Source: Verrucomicrobiota bacterium (GTDB lineage Bacteria > Verrucomicrobiota > Verrucomicrobiia > Opitutales > Cerasicoccaceae). Taken from it: DNA of 64,000 nt. Positions within the stretch are counted from its first letter, which is position 1. Every line of letters begins with the position of its first letter. Both the position numbers and the translations under genes were made by a program. The notes under the pieces are model-generated. The model ran no database searches, was not told the origin of the DNA, and saw nothing but the letters and a program-made list of their open reading frames with translations. The stretch spans positions 564,460-628,459 of the forward strand of contig JBCBUK010000001.1 in the NCBI GenBank assembly GCA_039818205.1. The letters are read 5' to 3'. Below, piece after piece: positions 1 to 11,831 of this stretch.

Positions 1-310
1 TCTTGAACTTGACGGGCCATATTGGTTTGTGGTTCGCGGCACCGTCTAACTGCCAAGGATTGCGCCCCGTTAATATGACCGCGCGTGATGGTGCGCATTT
101 ACTTGATGGCGTATACATGCGGGTGAACCGCAACCCATCTTCGGCCAGCGAATCAAAGTGCGGTGTTGAGACAAACTCATACCCATAGCAACTCGCGTGT
201 GACATGTCATCAGCGCAGACAAACAGTATGTTTGGCCGATCTAACGCAACCAGTAATGGAACCAACCCAATCGAGGTCAGCAGCGAAAGGGCTAGCGATC
301 GTTTTGTCAT
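1..310 (-). CDS. Sulfatase (S1, N-sulfoglucosamine sulfohydrolase-like), N-terminal part; runs off the window edge
   Basis: Not in the ORF track; translated by hand from ATG at 310: [35 protein letters not shown]...[18 protein letters not shown]. Signal peptide, PNILF..DD, CxPxR and LTG motifs; ATGA overlap with the upstream sulfatase stop. Confidence 0.92.
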   Translation of the reverse strand, partial: MTKRSLALSLLTSIGLVPLLVALDRPNILFVCADDMSHASCYGYEFVSTPHFDSLAEDGLRFTRMYTPSSKCAPSRAVILTGRNPWQLDGAANHKPIWPVKFK

Positions 311-2127
311 CCCTGCTTTGGAATAAGCTTCTTAGGGATACGGAGCTTCTTGTCATCGGCACCGACAGCGAAGTCACTGAGATAGTACTCATTCTCCTTT
401 GTCCAATCGACTTCAAGACGGCGATCACCGAGGACAATGTCACCCAGCTTTTTGCGGAACCAATCCGCCAGCGCCTTATACTCGGGATCATTGGCAACAT
501 TGTTGCGTTCATCGGGATCGACGCGCAGATCATAGAGGGCAAGTTCGGCTTTGTCGCGCGGACATGTCAGCGCCCAATCGATGTTCTCGCCTGGTGCGTA
601 GGCGGGGCCTGGCTTTCCATTCTCTGGTCGAGTCCGCATGGAAAAGGCAAAGTCCTTGGTGCGCATATAGGCCCGTGGTCCGGCAATCGCATTGATCTCA
701 CCCAGGATATACTCGCGGCGAGCGGTACCCCGCACCGTCCGCATCAAACTGGCGCCATCCAAGTGGGAAAAATTGTCGGAACCTACGTCAACCCCAGCAG
801 CCTCGAAAAACGTTGGCGCGAGGTCTACATATTCCACGAGTTGCTCACTGTGAGCCCCCTTCGGGAACATACCCTTTATTGAAGATGCTGCGACAATCGC
901 ATTTCGCGTTGAGAGCCCCCAGGGAGTAAATTTGGCTTCAATCCCCTGCTCTCCCAAGTGCCAGCTATGATCACCACATACGAAAACAATAATCCAATCG
1001 CGGTCACGCTTCTTACAGAACTCTTTGAAGGCTTCGATCGAGCGCCCGATCTGGGCGTCACCGTGCGCACAGAAAGCGTAGTAATCGCGAATGGCCTGCC
1101 GCTTCTCATCCTCAGTCATTTCTGAAAAATTGAGGTAGTCAAAAAACTTCTTCATCTGAGGCGGCAACTTTTCGACCTCCGCTAGATCGAACTCCGGTAT
1201 GCGGTAGGGAATCTCCACCTCTTTCTCCATGAAAGCTTCGCGGAACGACTTCGGTGGAAGGACAGGTGTGTGCGGGAAGTGATACCCCAAGTTTGCAAAC
1301 AAGGGTTTTGGATCATCTGCGTTTTTCTTCAGGTAATCCACAAAGGCGTTGGTGATCTCACCATCCTGCGTCTTGTCTGCTGGCTGAGTACTCTCGCCAC
1401 CAATGATCAACATATTCTGCCCGCGGGTATAGGCGCGCAACACGTCATGTTTCTTGTCTGCGTTTTTACGGGCTTTAATATCCTCGTCAGTCAGTTCGGC
1501 GTCCTGACGGTTGATGTAGAACTCCGTCGTTGTTCCGTCCGGGTAATAGTAGACTTCGACGCGTCCGCGGTCTCGGTCTTTCTGCCAAATCTCCTCAACA
1601 TGAAAATCAGATCTCCCCTTGGCGGTAAGGTCATTCTTCTTATCGACTCGAAAATCATACTGATCCACGACATCCCAGGTATTTCCTGGGCCCCAACGGA
1701 AAATGCGGTAACCGTGCTTGCCAAACTGTGCGGTGTGGTAGCCCGCACCACGCATCACCTGTGGGATGGTCTGAGTGTTGGTGTCGACATTTGGGTGAGC
1801 ACGCTCGAAGCCATAGATACCACTACGAAACGGATACCGCCCAGTATGCATCGAACCACGTGACGGCGCACAGGCCGGCGAGTTGCAGTATGCCTGCGAG
1901 AAAAGGGTTCCCTCGGCCGCCAGCTTATCAACGTGTGGCGACTGGACGTAGCCAAGAGGGCTCAGCTTCGTCCCGCTTACTGCTTGGTTGAATGCACTGA
2001 TCGAGTCTGGCCGTTGATCATCGGTGATGATCCAAAGAATATCAGGCTGCTTCTGCTTAGCAGCAGATACACTTCCAGTGACCAGAAGCAAGGCGGAGAA
2101 GATGACCGTCGCCAATAATTTTGTCAT
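307..2127 (-). CDS. Secreted/periplasmic Cys-type sulfatase (S1 family)
   Basis: Signal peptide, [25 protein letters not shown], Hx[17 protein letters not shown] motifs. Confidence 0.95.
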   Translation of the reverse strand: MTKLLATVIFSALLLVTGSVSAAKQKQPDILWIITDDQRPDSISAFNQAVSGTKLSPLGYVQSPHVDKLAAEGTLFSQAYCNSPACAPSRGSMHTGRYPFRSGIYGFERAHPNVDTNTQTIPQVMRGAGYHTAQFGKHGYRIFRWGPGNTWDVVDQYDFRVDKKNDLTAKGRSDFHVEEIWQKDRDRGRVEVYYYPDGTTTEFYINRQDAELTDEDIKARKNADKKHDVLRAYTRGQNMLIIGGESTQPADKTQDGEITNAFVDYLKKNADDPKPLFANLGYHFPHTPVLPPKSFREAFMEKEVEIPYRIPEFDLAEVEKLPPQMKKFFDYLNFSEMTEDEKRQAIRDYYAFCAHGDAQIGRSIEAFKEFCKKRDRDWIIVFVCGDHSWHLGEQGIEAKFTPWGLSTRNAIVAASSIKGMFPKGAHSEQLVEYVDLAPTFFEAAGVDVGSDNFSHLDGASLMRTVRGTARREYILGEINAIAGPRAYMRTKDFAFSMRTRPENGKPGPAYAPGENIDWALTCPRDKAELALYDLRVDPDERNNVANDPEYKALADWFRKKLGDIVLGDRRLEVDWTKENEYYLSDFAVGADDKKLRIPKKLIPKQG

Positions 2128-2196
2128 AGTGTCTTGTTCAAGAAATTGGATTTAAGGGCAAATGGACGCATCAGGTGTTCCAAGAACTCGCATGGG

Positions 2197-2847
2197 TTAA
2201 AGTTCTCGAATCTTGATATTTCGGTACCAAACCGGGCTCTGGTGATCCTGAAATTGAATCGGTGCGGGCGAGCGCAAGTGTTCGGGCTTTTTGCTGTTCT
2301 CGTGTTTGGAGTACTTGCTTGCAGCGAATCGCTTGTTCCATTCCTCGCTACCAATATCAATCTCCAAAATCTTAATGCCGTTCAGCCAATGTTCGATGTG
2401 GTCGCCATCAGCCACGATCCGGCCGGTATTCCACTCACCCGCTGGCTTGTAGGGTTTGTTTTCAATTGGCTCGAGAATGTCATATAAAGCTCCCGCCGAT
2501 GAGCTGGCTACTTTGCCACGGACATGTCTTTCATCGTCGAGCACCTGATACTCTATACCCGGCCAAGGACTGCAGCGATAGATCACGCCACTGTTTCCGC
2601 CTTCAGCAATCTTCCATTCAAACACGAGTTCGAAGTCTTTGTATTTCTTCTTGGTGACGAGACTGCCAGCGTGTTCTTCGCCGCGAGTCGCCACTCCATC
2701 AACGTAGGTCCAGCGTCCTTCTTTGTCTCCCGTGTAGAACTCGGAAAGGTCGCCGCTGGCAAGGAGGTCAACGAACTCAGATTCAGCCGACGCTGAAAGT
2801 GAGGCGAAAACAAAGGCTACGGTAAGCCATAAATTCTTAGTCATCAT
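2197..2847 (-). CDS. DUF1080 / 3-keto-disaccharide hydrolase family protein
   Basis: DFELVFEWK..GGNSGV, EYQVLDD, GEWN, LQ/FQDH..VWYRNIKIREL motifs; start moved to MMTKNL (2847), which gives a signal peptide. Confidence 0.9.
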   Translation of the reverse strand: MMTKNLWLTVAFVFASLSASAESEFVDLLASGDLSEFYTGDKEGRWTYVDGVATRGEEHAGSLVTKKKYKDFELVFEWKIAEGGNSGVIYRCSPWPGIEYQVLDDERHVRGKVASSSAGALYDILEPIENKPYKPAGEWNTGRIVADGDHIEHWLNGIKILEIDIGSEEWNKRFAASKYSKHENSKKPEHLRSPAPIQFQDHQSPVWYRNIKIREL

Positions 2848-3095
2848 TAGCAAACGAGTTGTGGGCCCATTAACGCAAAACAGTTTTCTGGGCAGAGAAT
2901 CGGACCCAAAGCGAGCCAGGCGCATATGCATATCCCTTTTGCGCGCGCCTGGCTCATTGATCCGGATATCCCAATGAAATCCCGCGGCCTCGCTACCGTT
3001 TAACCTGGAAGGAGCTCTGTCTAAAAAAACTGTTTTCGAAAGAATCATTAAAGTGTGGAAAACGATTTTGGTTAATCTGGGACCTGCTGCACGCT

Positions 3096-4952
3096 CTAGT
3101 TAAGACCAACGGATTTCGGCTCCGGAACCAAGCCATCCGGGATGTTCAACCGTCCATCATGGGCGCCAACGGCAAAATCGCTCACCATGTATTCGTTTTC
3201 TTTGGTCCAGTCGCACTCAAGACGGTTGTCTCCAAGCACGATGTTGCCGAGCTTATCTCTTAGAAATTCCGAAAGGCCCCGGTAGTCCTCGTGATAGGCG
3301 AGGTTTACTCGCTCGTTGGGGTCGACCCGCAAATCGTAAAGGGACAACTCTACCTTCTCGAGAGGTGCTTCTAAACCCCATTTGATCTTCTCACCGGGCG
3401 CGTAGCCCTCTCCCGGTTTGCCCCAATACGGACGGGTCCGCATCGAAAATGAGAAGTCATCGCTGCGTAGATAAGCTCGGGGTCCGCGCACCTGAATCAT
3501 CTCTCCAATGATATACTCACGCTGAGCTCCCTCGTTCATGGTCTTGGTGAGACTGAAACCATTCAACCCCGGGTGCACTTGCGGATCAATGTCGGCAACC
3601 TCATAGAAGGTCGGCGCGAAGTCGACGTATTCAACCATATCGTTGACTACCTTTCCGGCCGGAAATTGCTCCGGGTTTGAAGAAACTGCGATCACACTGC
3701 CATGCTGCGACTGATACCACGGACCAAACTTTGCTTCAATCCCCTGCTCTCCCAAATGCCACCCATGATCGCCGCAAACAAATAGAATTAGGTATTCCTG
3801 GTCGTTGCGCGCGCAGTATTCCTTGAAAGACTTCACGGCTTCTCCCAGCAGATAGTCACCCATGGCACAAAAAGCATAGTAGTCACGAATGGCCTGCTGC
3901 TTCTCCTCATCGGTCATCCGAGAGAAGTCCATATCGTTGCGGAGGTCCTGGAGGGTTGGAGGAAGCAGATCGGCCTCCTTCGCGTCATAGTCGGGAACAT
4001 CGTAGGTTTTCCCAGCAAAGCGATCGCGAAACTCTTTGGAAGGCAGAACCGGCGTATGCGGCAAGGCAAACCCCAGATGGATGAAGACTGGCTCATTAGT
4101 GTTCGGACCTTGAGCAACATCGCCCGTAATCGTCCGGTATTCCTTATTCTCATGCGCCAGGTAATTCTGCATGCACTTAACGATTGCCCCATCAAGCGTG
4201 TTCCAAGTCGTATTCGAAGACACACCGCCAATAATCAACTCTGGGTTACTTCGCGTGTAAGTCCGTAGGATGTCGAGTTCCTCTTCAACCTCCTCGCGCA
4301 TTGCGAGCTCTTCTGAGGTCAGTTCTCGGTCTTTGCGACTTAACCAGAAACTCTTCTCGGTCCCGTCCGCATAGCGAAAGATCTCTTCCTTCCCGATGAC
4401 CATTCCCTTGCCGTCGTGAACCTCCCAAGGACGATTCCACCAGAAATCGCTGTGCGATGTTTTCTCAATGGCGTTGCGATGGATCATCGGATTGTAGTGC
4501 CCCGGGAACTGCCATTGGTGGTAGCCCTCCCAATCATAAATATAGTACCCGGGCTTTCCGAACGCAGCCGGTTGGTATCCGTGCTCCTTCATCACCTCGG
4601 GAATCATGCGACTGGAACAATCCGCCGCTTGGTGGGCCTTCCGAAAACCGTACATACCGTTTCGGTGCGGATACTTTCCCGTATGCATCGAACTACGCGA
4701 GGGCGCGCAGGCCGGCGAGTTACAATAGGCGTTGGTAAATAGAACACCTTCTGTGGCAAGCGAGTTGATGTTTGGCGATTCAACATAGCCAAGCGCGCTC
4801 TCCGAAGTCCCCCGAGTAGCCTGATTGAAACACTCCAAGGAATCGCTCCGGTGATCGTCTGTGATAATCCAAAGAATATTTGGCGACTTGGACGCATTCG
4901 CCGTGAAGCCAACGAGAAGGAAAATGAATAGGCTGGAAAGATATGGTTTCAT
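3096..4952 (-). CDS. Secreted Cys-type sulfatase (S1), paralog of 307-2127
   Basis: [37 protein letters not shown]; start moved to MKPYL (4952) with signal peptide. Confidence 0.95.
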   Translation of the reverse strand: MKPYLSSLFIFLLVGFTANASKSPNILWIITDDHRSDSLECFNQATRGTSESALGYVESPNINSLATEGVLFTNAYCNSPACAPSRSSMHTGKYPHRNGMYGFRKAHQAADCSSRMIPEVMKEHGYQPAAFGKPGYYIYDWEGYHQWQFPGHYNPMIHRNAIEKTSHSDFWWNRPWEVHDGKGMVIGKEEIFRYADGTEKSFWLSRKDRELTSEELAMREEVEEELDILRTYTRSNPELIIGGVSSNTTWNTLDGAIVKCMQNYLAHENKEYRTITGDVAQGPNTNEPVFIHLGFALPHTPVLPSKEFRDRFAGKTYDVPDYDAKEADLLPPTLQDLRNDMDFSRMTDEEKQQAIRDYYAFCAMGDYLLGEAVKSFKEYCARNDQEYLILFVCGDHGWHLGEQGIEAKFGPWYQSQHGSVIAVSSNPEQFPAGKVVNDMVEYVDFAPTFYEVADIDPQVHPGLNGFSLTKTMNEGAQREYIIGEMIQVRGPRAYLRSDDFSFSMRTRPYWGKPGEGYAPGEKIKWGLEAPLEKVELSLYDLRVDPNERVNLAYHEDYRGLSEFLRDKLGNIVLGDNRLECDWTKENEYMVSDFAVGAHDGRLNIPDGLVPEPKSVGLN

Positions 4953-5177
4953 TGAGGGGGGGGAGGAAAAACTGATGCTAACGCCAAACGTAGCCATTAA
5001 CGCCCAACGGGGAGGATTGATCGGCACGAATCGCAACGCTTGAGATAACCAAAAGACCGCCCATTCCCCATACCTAATTTCACCGCTCCAAACCGCTGAT
5101 CATCGGATTGAAAATCGAATTTTGTATGAAATGGATCACATGACGTCTCTAGGGGGACGATTTCAAGCATTGGCCGC

Positions 5178-5222
5178 ATTATATCGTGACCGACCAAAAT
5201 TCACAAACTATCCAAAAGATAG
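5178..5222 (-). promoter_or_regulatory. Putative promoter of the sulfatase operon: -10 TATAAT (5183-5178) and inverted repeat CTATC-N5-GATAG (5208-5222)
   Basis: Perfect -10 hexamer on the minus strand; the palindrome is centred about 44 nt upstream of the inferred start site. Confidence 0.45.
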
Positions 5223-5314
5223 CGATTTACGAAATTCTACAAACGCCCAGCTTTGAGGAAGATACGCAGGGCCAAGGCCAGCGCATCTAACGTATCGGAA
5301 TTGTAACTATTCAA

Positions 5315-5947
5315 CTATTCTTCGAGGTGAAGAATGCCGCGCTTGAACGCCTGGACAACCGCTTGGGTTCGATCGACCGCATCGAGCTTCTCCCGCAAAT
5401 TGATAATGTGCAGCTTTACCATGGGGAGTGAGATACTCAGCTCGTCTTCAATCTCCTTATTACTCCGCCCACCGGCGAGCAGTTTAAGGACTTCCATCTC
5501 TCGATCCGTAAGACTCTTCTGGGTTTTGCGCCGCTCAAGTTTTTGCGCAATGCTACTGGGATAATAGACACCACCCGAGGACACTTCATGGATGGCCTCC
5601 ATCACGTCCTCAATTTCTCCGGCCTTCTTGGTCAGATAGCCCTTCACACCTGCCTGCTGGGCTTTAAAAATATCTTCCTCGGTATCAAAGACCGAAAGTA
5701 GGATGATCTTTGATCCGGGAAACTCCTCCAAAATCTGCCGGGTGCACTCGACACCGTTCATTCCCGGCATCTGATAATCCATTGTGATGACATCTGGCTG
5801 AAGTTCACGAACACGCTCCAAAGCCTCTTCGCCACTACCCGCGGAACCCGCGAGCTCCAATCCCGGCTCCAGCGAAATAGTCTCAGTCAACCCAAGACGT
5901 AAGAGCGCATTGTCATCCACTACCAAAACTCTCGTAACCTTTGCCAT
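5315..5947 (-). CDS. NarL/FixJ-family response regulator (REC + LuxR HTH)
   Basis: [51 protein letters not shown]. Confidence 0.96.
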   Translation of the reverse strand: MAKVTRVLVVDDNALLRLGLTETISLEPGLELAGSAGSGEEALERVRELQPDVITMDYQMPGMNGVECTRQILEEFPGSKIILLSVFDTEEDIFKAQQAGVKGYLTKKAGEIEDVMEAIHEVSSGGVYYPSSIAQKLERRKTQKSLTDREMEVLKLLAGGRSNKEIEDELSISLPMVKLHIINLREKLDAVDRTQAVVQAFKRGILHLEE

Positions 5948-5949
5948 AG

Positions 5950-8175
5950 CTAGTCTTTTTCTAAATCTTTTGTATCCGTCAGCTCAACCTCAACCGTCGT
6001 GCCCTGCTTGATTTGACTTTCAATCCGAATCTTTCCGCCCAAGCGGCTGACCCGTTCACGCATGCCCACGAGACCAAAGTGGCCTGGGCGGGATGAGTTT
6101 CGCGGATCAAATCCATGACCGTCATCCGTAACCGTAAGGCGGAAGGCATTCAATGAATAAGACAGGCAAATATTGACATGTTGCGGTGAACCATGCCGAA
6201 CGGCATTCGTAACCGCCTCTCTGGCAATTAGTAACAAATTTCGCTCCGCCGAACTCTGCAAACGTCGCGGCGAGCCTTGGACCTCAACCCCGAGCTCGGT
6301 ATCTGCGGCCTCAGCCAAGGGTTCCAAAGCGACTTTAACCGCTGACGGCAAATCCATGCGTTCGAGGAGCCCAGCCCGCAAATCCAGGATCGAAGCGCGA
6401 GATTCCTCACTACAATGCATAAGCATATCCTGCACGGTATTGAGAGCGCGCTGACTTTGCTTGGCGTCCACGGCTAGCTCTAGCAATCGCCCTTCGAGGT
6501 GTTCGTTGAGTTTCTCCGAGTCTTCGATACTCAGGTCAATCGCACGAATAATCGAATTCTCCGCTTTGTTGGATAGACGGTTCAGGAGCTTAAATACACC
6601 TCGAAGCTGAATCGCCATACCCGCGAGACCTTGTTCCAGGTTATCGTGTAGCTCCCGCGCGATCCGTTGCCGCTCATCCAAGATGGTTTGCCGCTCAATC
6701 TGCTGTCCAATGACACTCGTTTGCTTTTCGACCGTTCGGCGAAGGACGAGCGCCCAGACCAAGGCAATCAACAATACCGCAAGCAACACGGCCATCACGC
6801 TGAAAAGGCGTTCGGTCGTCCACCAAGGTGCCGGGTTGAGCACTTGAATATCGTCCAGACCGCGCAGTTGTAGCACCAAGCCGTCGATGTAGAGATGCCA
6901 ACGCGCCTTCGGGTTCGTGATCAGCTCACAGATGCCGGTCAATCGCAGTTGGGCTCCAGGCAACAGCTCCGGCGGAACAACGCCTGGCGGCAAATTTGCC
7001 TCGAACGTGTAAGATCCTGAACGGCAGAGCAGTGTAACCCGCTCCTCCCCATCCGCACTGAGCGGAGAAAAATCAAAGCTCTTACCAATGTTGACTAGCT
7101 TGGCATCGATCTCAATGAGTTCGTAGTTCAACCCCGGATCAATCTGCTTGGGCAGCTCCACAAAAATTGGCGACGGAGCCGGCCCGCTTTCCAGGACCTC
7201 AACATCCAGCGCACGGAAGGCCGGGCTTACCTCCTGCGGCCAAACCAGCCCTTTAAGCTGAACGCGGTCACCCGGCTCAAACTCAACCGGTTCGCGCATG
7301 GCAACGCGCAGGGACGACTCTTCGCCACGCAAAAACAACTCTTCGCCCGAAACCGAGGTCACCACGCCCTGCGTAATGATGACCTCACGCAATTTCGTGC
7401 CTACCCGCATGAGTTCATGGATTTCGAATTCCCGTGGATTAGCATCCCAGGACTCCTTACGGATTGGCGTAATATCGTCGGCCGAATTGACGAAAAAGAT
7501 ACGCCCAGTCAGCTGGCGTTTCCGATTATAAACCGACCCGGCTACCGCATCGAAACGAACGAGGCGAAACATCAATTCCTTCACGCGATCGTAGGCTTCT
7601 TTCGTAAACGGAAGCTGAGCCGCGACTTCAATCCCATTCATCTCAATGCCAATGACGATGACTTCATAACCGTGCACGACCTCCATTGACGTAATACGCC
7701 CTCGCACCGAAACCCAGTCGGAATCGATTTTAGTATCGTAGAGTTCGTGGAGGGAAAAGATTCGGGCTTCCGGCAATGGCTCGTGACCAATTCGCTCCAT
7801 CTGCTCGGGATAGATCGACGGAAACAAGTGGCCGCGCTCGGTACGACCGATGACACGGATAATATCTCCCGCGACGACTCCATGGACTTCACCCGGAAGG
7901 ACGCCAAGGCGCACGTAGATCCCATAGTCTCCATCGAAAAGAAAAATCCCGTGGCGCCGCGGGTGAAGACGCACAACCTGTCCTTCCAAAACGACCGGTA
8001 ACTGTTGCCCAGCCTCCTCGGGCTCAAGCTCGCGAACCGATTTAATGCTCGTTAGCGGCCGAGGCTCGACACTCGACTGCGCCCAGCCAGTTATCGGCAA
8101 ACCGATCAGGAACAAAAAGAGGAACAAGCGAACCATGGACGCGTACATCACCAATGAGATTAACCTAATCGGCAC
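5950..8175 (-). CDS. Sensor histidine kinase (HisKA_3 type) with a large periplasmic region
   Basis: PWWT + [18 protein letters not shown]-box, [24 protein letters not shown]; exact start uncertain (8175/8148/8136). Confidence 0.95.
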   Translation of the reverse strand: MPIRLISLVMYASMVRLFLFLFLIGLPITGWAQSSVEPRPLTSIKSVRELEPEEAGQQLPVVLEGQVVRLHPRRHGIFLFDGDYGIYVRLGVLPGEVHGVVAGDIIRVIGRTERGHLFPSIYPEQMERIGHEPLPEARIFSLHELYDTKIDSDWVSVRGRITSMEVVHGYEVIVIGIEMNGIEVAAQLPFTKEAYDRVKELMFRLVRFDAVAGSVYNRKRQLTGRIFFVNSADDITPIRKESWDANPREFEIHELMRVGTKLREVIITQGVVTSVSGEELFLRGEESSLRVAMREPVEFEPGDRVQLKGLVWPQEVSPAFRALDVEVLESGPAPSPIFVELPKQIDPGLNYELIEIDAKLVNIGKSFDFSPLSADGEERVTLLCRSGSYTFEANLPPGVVPPELLPGAQLRLTGICELITNPKARWHLYIDGLVLQLRGLDDIQVLNPAPWWTTERLFSVMAVLLAVLLIALVWALVLRRTVEKQTSVIGQQIERQTILDERQRIARELHDNLEQGLAGMAIQLRGVFKLLNRLSNKAENSIIRAIDLSIEDSEKLNEHLEGRLLELAVDAKQSQRALNTVQDMLMHCSEESRASILDLRAGLLERMDLPSAVKVALEPLAEAADTELGVEVQGSPRRLQSSAERNLLLIAREAVTNAVRHGSPQHVNICLSYSLNAFRLTVTDDGHGFDPRNSSRPGHFGLVGMRERVSRLGGKIRIESQIKQGTTVEVELTDTKDLEKD

Positions 8176-8265
8176 TAAATTTCATCCCAAGGCAAATAAT
8201 TTACGATTCGCAGTTAGAAAAAGCGCACTCAGTCTGACGATTCACCAACAATTTCGGCACCAAAA

Positions 8266-10104
8266 TTAGCGGGCGAATTTCTGGTAACGCTCCGTATCCT
8301 GCGCCATGGTCTGTGGTGGACGACGGCCGTAGTCCGGATCAAATCGGGGAATATTCATTCCTTCAGCACTTTGCCAACCGTCCTCCGGCTCGTAGGCAAT
8401 GTAAACGTAGTAAGGCGTCGACTGCTCGGTTTCTCCAACGAACAATGGCGCAAACCGAAGGATGCCTTTATCCAAATGCGTGCGGAAGGTAACCTCGCTT
8501 GCATTCGCTGAAATAGGCTTCGATTGCTTGTCGCCTTCCAAATTCAGGTGTGCAGTGTGGAAGTCAAACCCGGTGTAGCCATTGGCGTCATTGATCGCCA
8601 AATCGGTTTCAACCGGCCATCGGCGAAGCGAAATTTCATACTCGCCCGCACGATCAACCTCGAGTTGCCACTCGGCGGGCTTCGCAAAAGCTCCCCACAT
8701 CACATACGGCTGATTCCACGGCACCTCTTCAACGAGCCAGTCATGGGAGTTTAGCGCAACAACCGGAGCCTCTTTTGAACCGACAACGATATAACTCGTC
8801 AAATCGTGTTCTTGCGAGACATCATCCCAGAACAGATCGTATTCAGCACGCAGGTGAGCCACGACCTCCGGATACTGTTGGCTCAGATCTTTCTGCTGAC
8901 CGGGGTCAGCCAAGATGTCAAAGAGCGCTTTTCCATCGATTAGACGCCAACGGTCTGTCATGACGGCCGACATGCGCCATTTCACTGGATCGACCACCCG
9001 CTGAGATTCAACGATCAAGGTGCGATCTGGCCAGTCCGGATCGTCGCCGTAGATTAGCGGCTTCAAGCTTCGACCATCAAATTCGATCGATGGCGCATCC
9101 AACTCACACAGCTCGATAAGAGTCGGCAAAATATCCATGTGGACGGTTAAGCGATCGATCTTCTTGCCTGCCGGAATGTTACCGCTGGGCCAGCGCATGA
9201 TGAATGGAACCCGATGGCCGCCGTCATATTGCGACCCCTTCGAACCGCGCATACCGGCATTGAATCCGTTCCCGCCCCAAGTACCCGCAGAGGTTCCGTT
9301 ATCGGTCGTGTAGATCAAAATCGTGTTATCACGAATTCCCTCCTCATCGATGGTTTTGACCAACCGAGCCATGTTATCATCAATGTTGGTGATCATGCCG
9401 TAGAACTCAGCTTGAGGAACGCCCGGCTTACCCGTGTAGATATCGGCGTATTCGGACGGACAGTAAAATGGACCATGCGGTGCATTCGGCGAAATGTAGG
9501 CGAGAAACGGCTTTCCGGCCTCGGCATTTTTACGAATGAATGTGAGCGCTTCATCAAACCAAACGTCAGTGCAGAAGCCTTCAAACCGCTCAAATTTTCC
9601 GTTTTTGATGTAAGTATCATCGAAGTAATCATTACCCCAATAATCCGGCGCCTGCGCGATGCCACCAGCGCCGTGATAAACCACGTGCTGAAAACCCCGA
9701 TCCTCTGGCCGGTATGGATAGTTGTCGCCCAGGTGCCACTTACCAAAGAGACCGGTCACATAGCCATTGTCCGCAAAAATATCGGCCATCGTAATTTCCC
9801 GGCTTCGCAAGAAGTTGCGACCTTGAATTGTGTGCCAGACACCAACGCGGTTGGAATAGCGCCCAGTCAACAGAGCCGACCGTGTTGGTGCGCAGGTAGG
9901 ATCTACATGATAGTTTTCGAGATGAATACTTTCTTCACTTAGCCGGTCAATATTGGGCGTTTTGATATTCGCATTACCGTTGAAGCCGAGGTCACCATAG
10001 CCTTGGTCATCGGTGATAACGATAACCACATTCGGCTTACTCGCGGCTAAACCAGAGCTGAGGCCCCATGCCAAACATAGGAAAAGGAAAAGCAATTTCT
10101 TCAT
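8266..10104 (-). CDS. Arylsulfatase-like S1 sulfatase with a C-terminal extension
   Basis: [36 protein letters not shown]; start at MKKLL (10104) with signal peptide. Confidence 0.95.
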   Translation of the reverse strand: MKKLLFLFLCLAWGLSSGLAASKPNVVIVITDDQGYGDLGFNGNANIKTPNIDRLSEESIHLENYHVDPTCAPTRSALLTGRYSNRVGVWHTIQGRNFLRSREITMADIFADNGYVTGLFGKWHLGDNYPYRPEDRGFQHVVYHGAGGIAQAPDYWGNDYFDDTYIKNGKFERFEGFCTDVWFDEALTFIRKNAEAGKPFLAYISPNAPHGPFYCPSEYADIYTGKPGVPQAEFYGMITNIDDNMARLVKTIDEEGIRDNTILIYTTDNGTSAGTWGGNGFNAGMRGSKGSQYDGGHRVPFIMRWPSGNIPAGKKIDRLTVHMDILPTLIELCELDAPSIEFDGRSLKPLIYGDDPDWPDRTLIVESQRVVDPVKWRMSAVMTDRWRLIDGKALFDILADPGQQKDLSQQYPEVVAHLRAEYDLFWDDVSQEHDLTSYIVVGSKEAPVVALNSHDWLVEEVPWNQPYVMWGAFAKPAEWQLEVDRAGEYEISLRRWPVETDLAINDANGYTGFDFHTAHLNLEGDKQSKPISANASEVTFRTHLDKGILRFAPLFVGETEQSTPYYVYIAYEPEDGWQSAEGMNIPRFDPDYGRRPPQTMAQDTERYQKFAR

Positions 10105-10273
10105 AAACGGCAACATCGATAAGGTTACAGAGACTGGTGGGCCCAGCAATCCGGAGCACACGCCAATCACTTTAAAAGGACCGGCAAAACCACAGATTAG
10201 TTCAAAAGAATCCGCGGATTCAACGTCCAATGCAAAACGCCCTTAAACCGGGCCAGCAGAATCAAGGCACATG

Positions 10274-11749
10274 CTAGCGTGGGTCAGGTACCGCATCCTT
10301 GAACGCCACCCGGATCGGGTAGGCATAGTCAAAGCCCGGTTTTCGTGGCATCTCAATCGACATACCTCGAGAGGTTTCTTTCCATTCGAGGTCTTCGCCG
10401 GTGCCTAAAAAGGTGACCGATTCAATTCCACTCAGATCAACATCCTCGAACGTTTCCACCACCAAGCGGCTGCCCGGCCATCCCATCGGAATGACATATA
10501 GCGTCCGATTATCTTTGCTGCGCGTGAATCGAATATCTTTTGCCGAGTATTCCAGGCGCAGAAACTCCTTGCGATCGCGGAAGCCACCTTCGGGCTCAAT
10601 CACGGGACCTTCGCCAGCAACAACCCACGGACGGGTTTCATAGATCGACTCGCCGTTGATCGTCAGCCAATTGCCCAAGCCCTGCAAAACTTCCCGCTGA
10701 TCGTCAGGAATAACGCCGTCAGAGCGCGGCGACAAGTTAAGCAGAACAACACCATTCTTCGAAACCGTGTCGATGAGCGCGTGCAACACTTTGTCGGTCG
10801 GTTTGATCCGGAGATTTTCGGTATAGCACCAACTACCGGTGCTAATCGTATCATCCGTCATCCAAAGCGCTTCCTCAATATCGGGTTCACGGGCTTTCTC
10901 GTGATCGTTCATTGAGAAGGTTAACGGCAGGTCATTTTGCTTTCGAATGATCACTACATCGCGTCCCCACTTATCGGCTTCGTTCAAATAATACGCGGAG
11001 AAACTTTTGCGGTAGTCTTCTGGAATGCGATCAAGCCAACTATCAAACCAGACGATATCAGGCTGATACTTGTCCACTACCTCAACGATCTTACCCATCC
11101 ACATGCGCTCCAACCATTCGCTCTCGGGCATATTGCCATACAGCAAACGCAACTCGGGATCATCGGAGGCTGGCGGCCAATTAGGGTTGTAATTGTAGTA
11201 GTGGCTATCCCCGTCATTTCGATTTCCAAGGTTCCGAGCGTGGTGAAAAGTCGCGATCGTCTTCATGTCGCGCTTACGCAGCTCTTCAAAAAGTTCTCCA
11301 AGTATATCGCGCTTGGGGCCGGTGTCCTTGGAGTTCCAGGGGGTCAGCTCGGAGTCCCACATGGCATAACCGTCGTGGTGCTCGGCCACGGGTCCGGCAA
11401 ATCGGGCTCCCGACTGATGAAAGAGCTCTGCCCAGTCTTCCGGATCATAGTGCTCCGCAGTAAACATCGGCACGAAGTCATGATACCCAAAATCCGCTGG
11501 GTCGCCATACTTGCGGGCGTGGTGGTGATACTCGCGATGCCTCGGGTGATGCATATTACGCGGATACCATTCGTTGCCGAATGCCGGAACCGAATAGGGT
11601 CCCCAATGAAAATAGATCCCGAGTTTGGCGTCTTCCAACCATTCCGGGGCTGCTTGGTGTTTAGCCAAGGAATCCCAGGTTGGCTCATACGGTTCGGCCC
11701 AGGATTTGAGTGCAAGTATTGATAGGGATAAGTAGATTAACGGTTTCAT
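10274..11749 (-). CDS. Alpha-L-fucosidase (GH29)
   Basis: WLEDAKLGIYFHWGPYSVPA, EHHDGY, VWFD nucleophile region, VSKNGVVLLNL, NGESIYETRPW. Confidence 0.95.
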   Translation of the reverse strand: MKPLIYLSLSILALKSWAEPYEPTWDSLAKHQAAPEWLEDAKLGIYFHWGPYSVPAFGNEWYPRNMHHPRHREYHHHARKYGDPADFGYHDFVPMFTAEHYDPEDWAELFHQSGARFAGPVAEHHDGYAMWDSELTPWNSKDTGPKRDILGELFEELRKRDMKTIATFHHARNLGNRNDGDSHYYNYNPNWPPASDDPELRLLYGNMPESEWLERMWMGKIVEVVDKYQPDIVWFDSWLDRIPEDYRKSFSAYYLNEADKWGRDVVIIRKQNDLPLTFSMNDHEKAREPDIEEALWMTDDTISTGSWCYTENLRIKPTDKVLHALIDTVSKNGVVLLNLSPRSDGVIPDDQREVLQGLGNWLTINGESIYETRPWVVAGEGPVIEPEGGFRDRKEFLRLEYSAKDIRFTRSKDNRTLYVIPMGWPGSRLVVETFEDVDLSGIESVTFLGTGEDLEWKETSRGMSIEMPRKPGFDYAYPIRVAFKDAVPDPR

Positions 11750-11831
11750 GACGCAAGGGGTTTACTCGTGTACAATCAGCGCCAAATCAGTTCAACTGCA
11801 GTCGAATCTCAAGCAAAAACAGTGGTTTTAT

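Noticed and set aside
163..882. Long + strand ORFs opposite real genes (also 9214-9942, 10937-11722, 55565-56491 and others)
   Set aside because: Antisense shadows of well-supported minus-strand genes; no motifs.
2867..5003. Shared CCATTAACGC 10-mer upstream of the DUF1080 and sulfatase genes
   Set aside because: Only two copies, at different distances from the starts and with no matching second element; could be chance.
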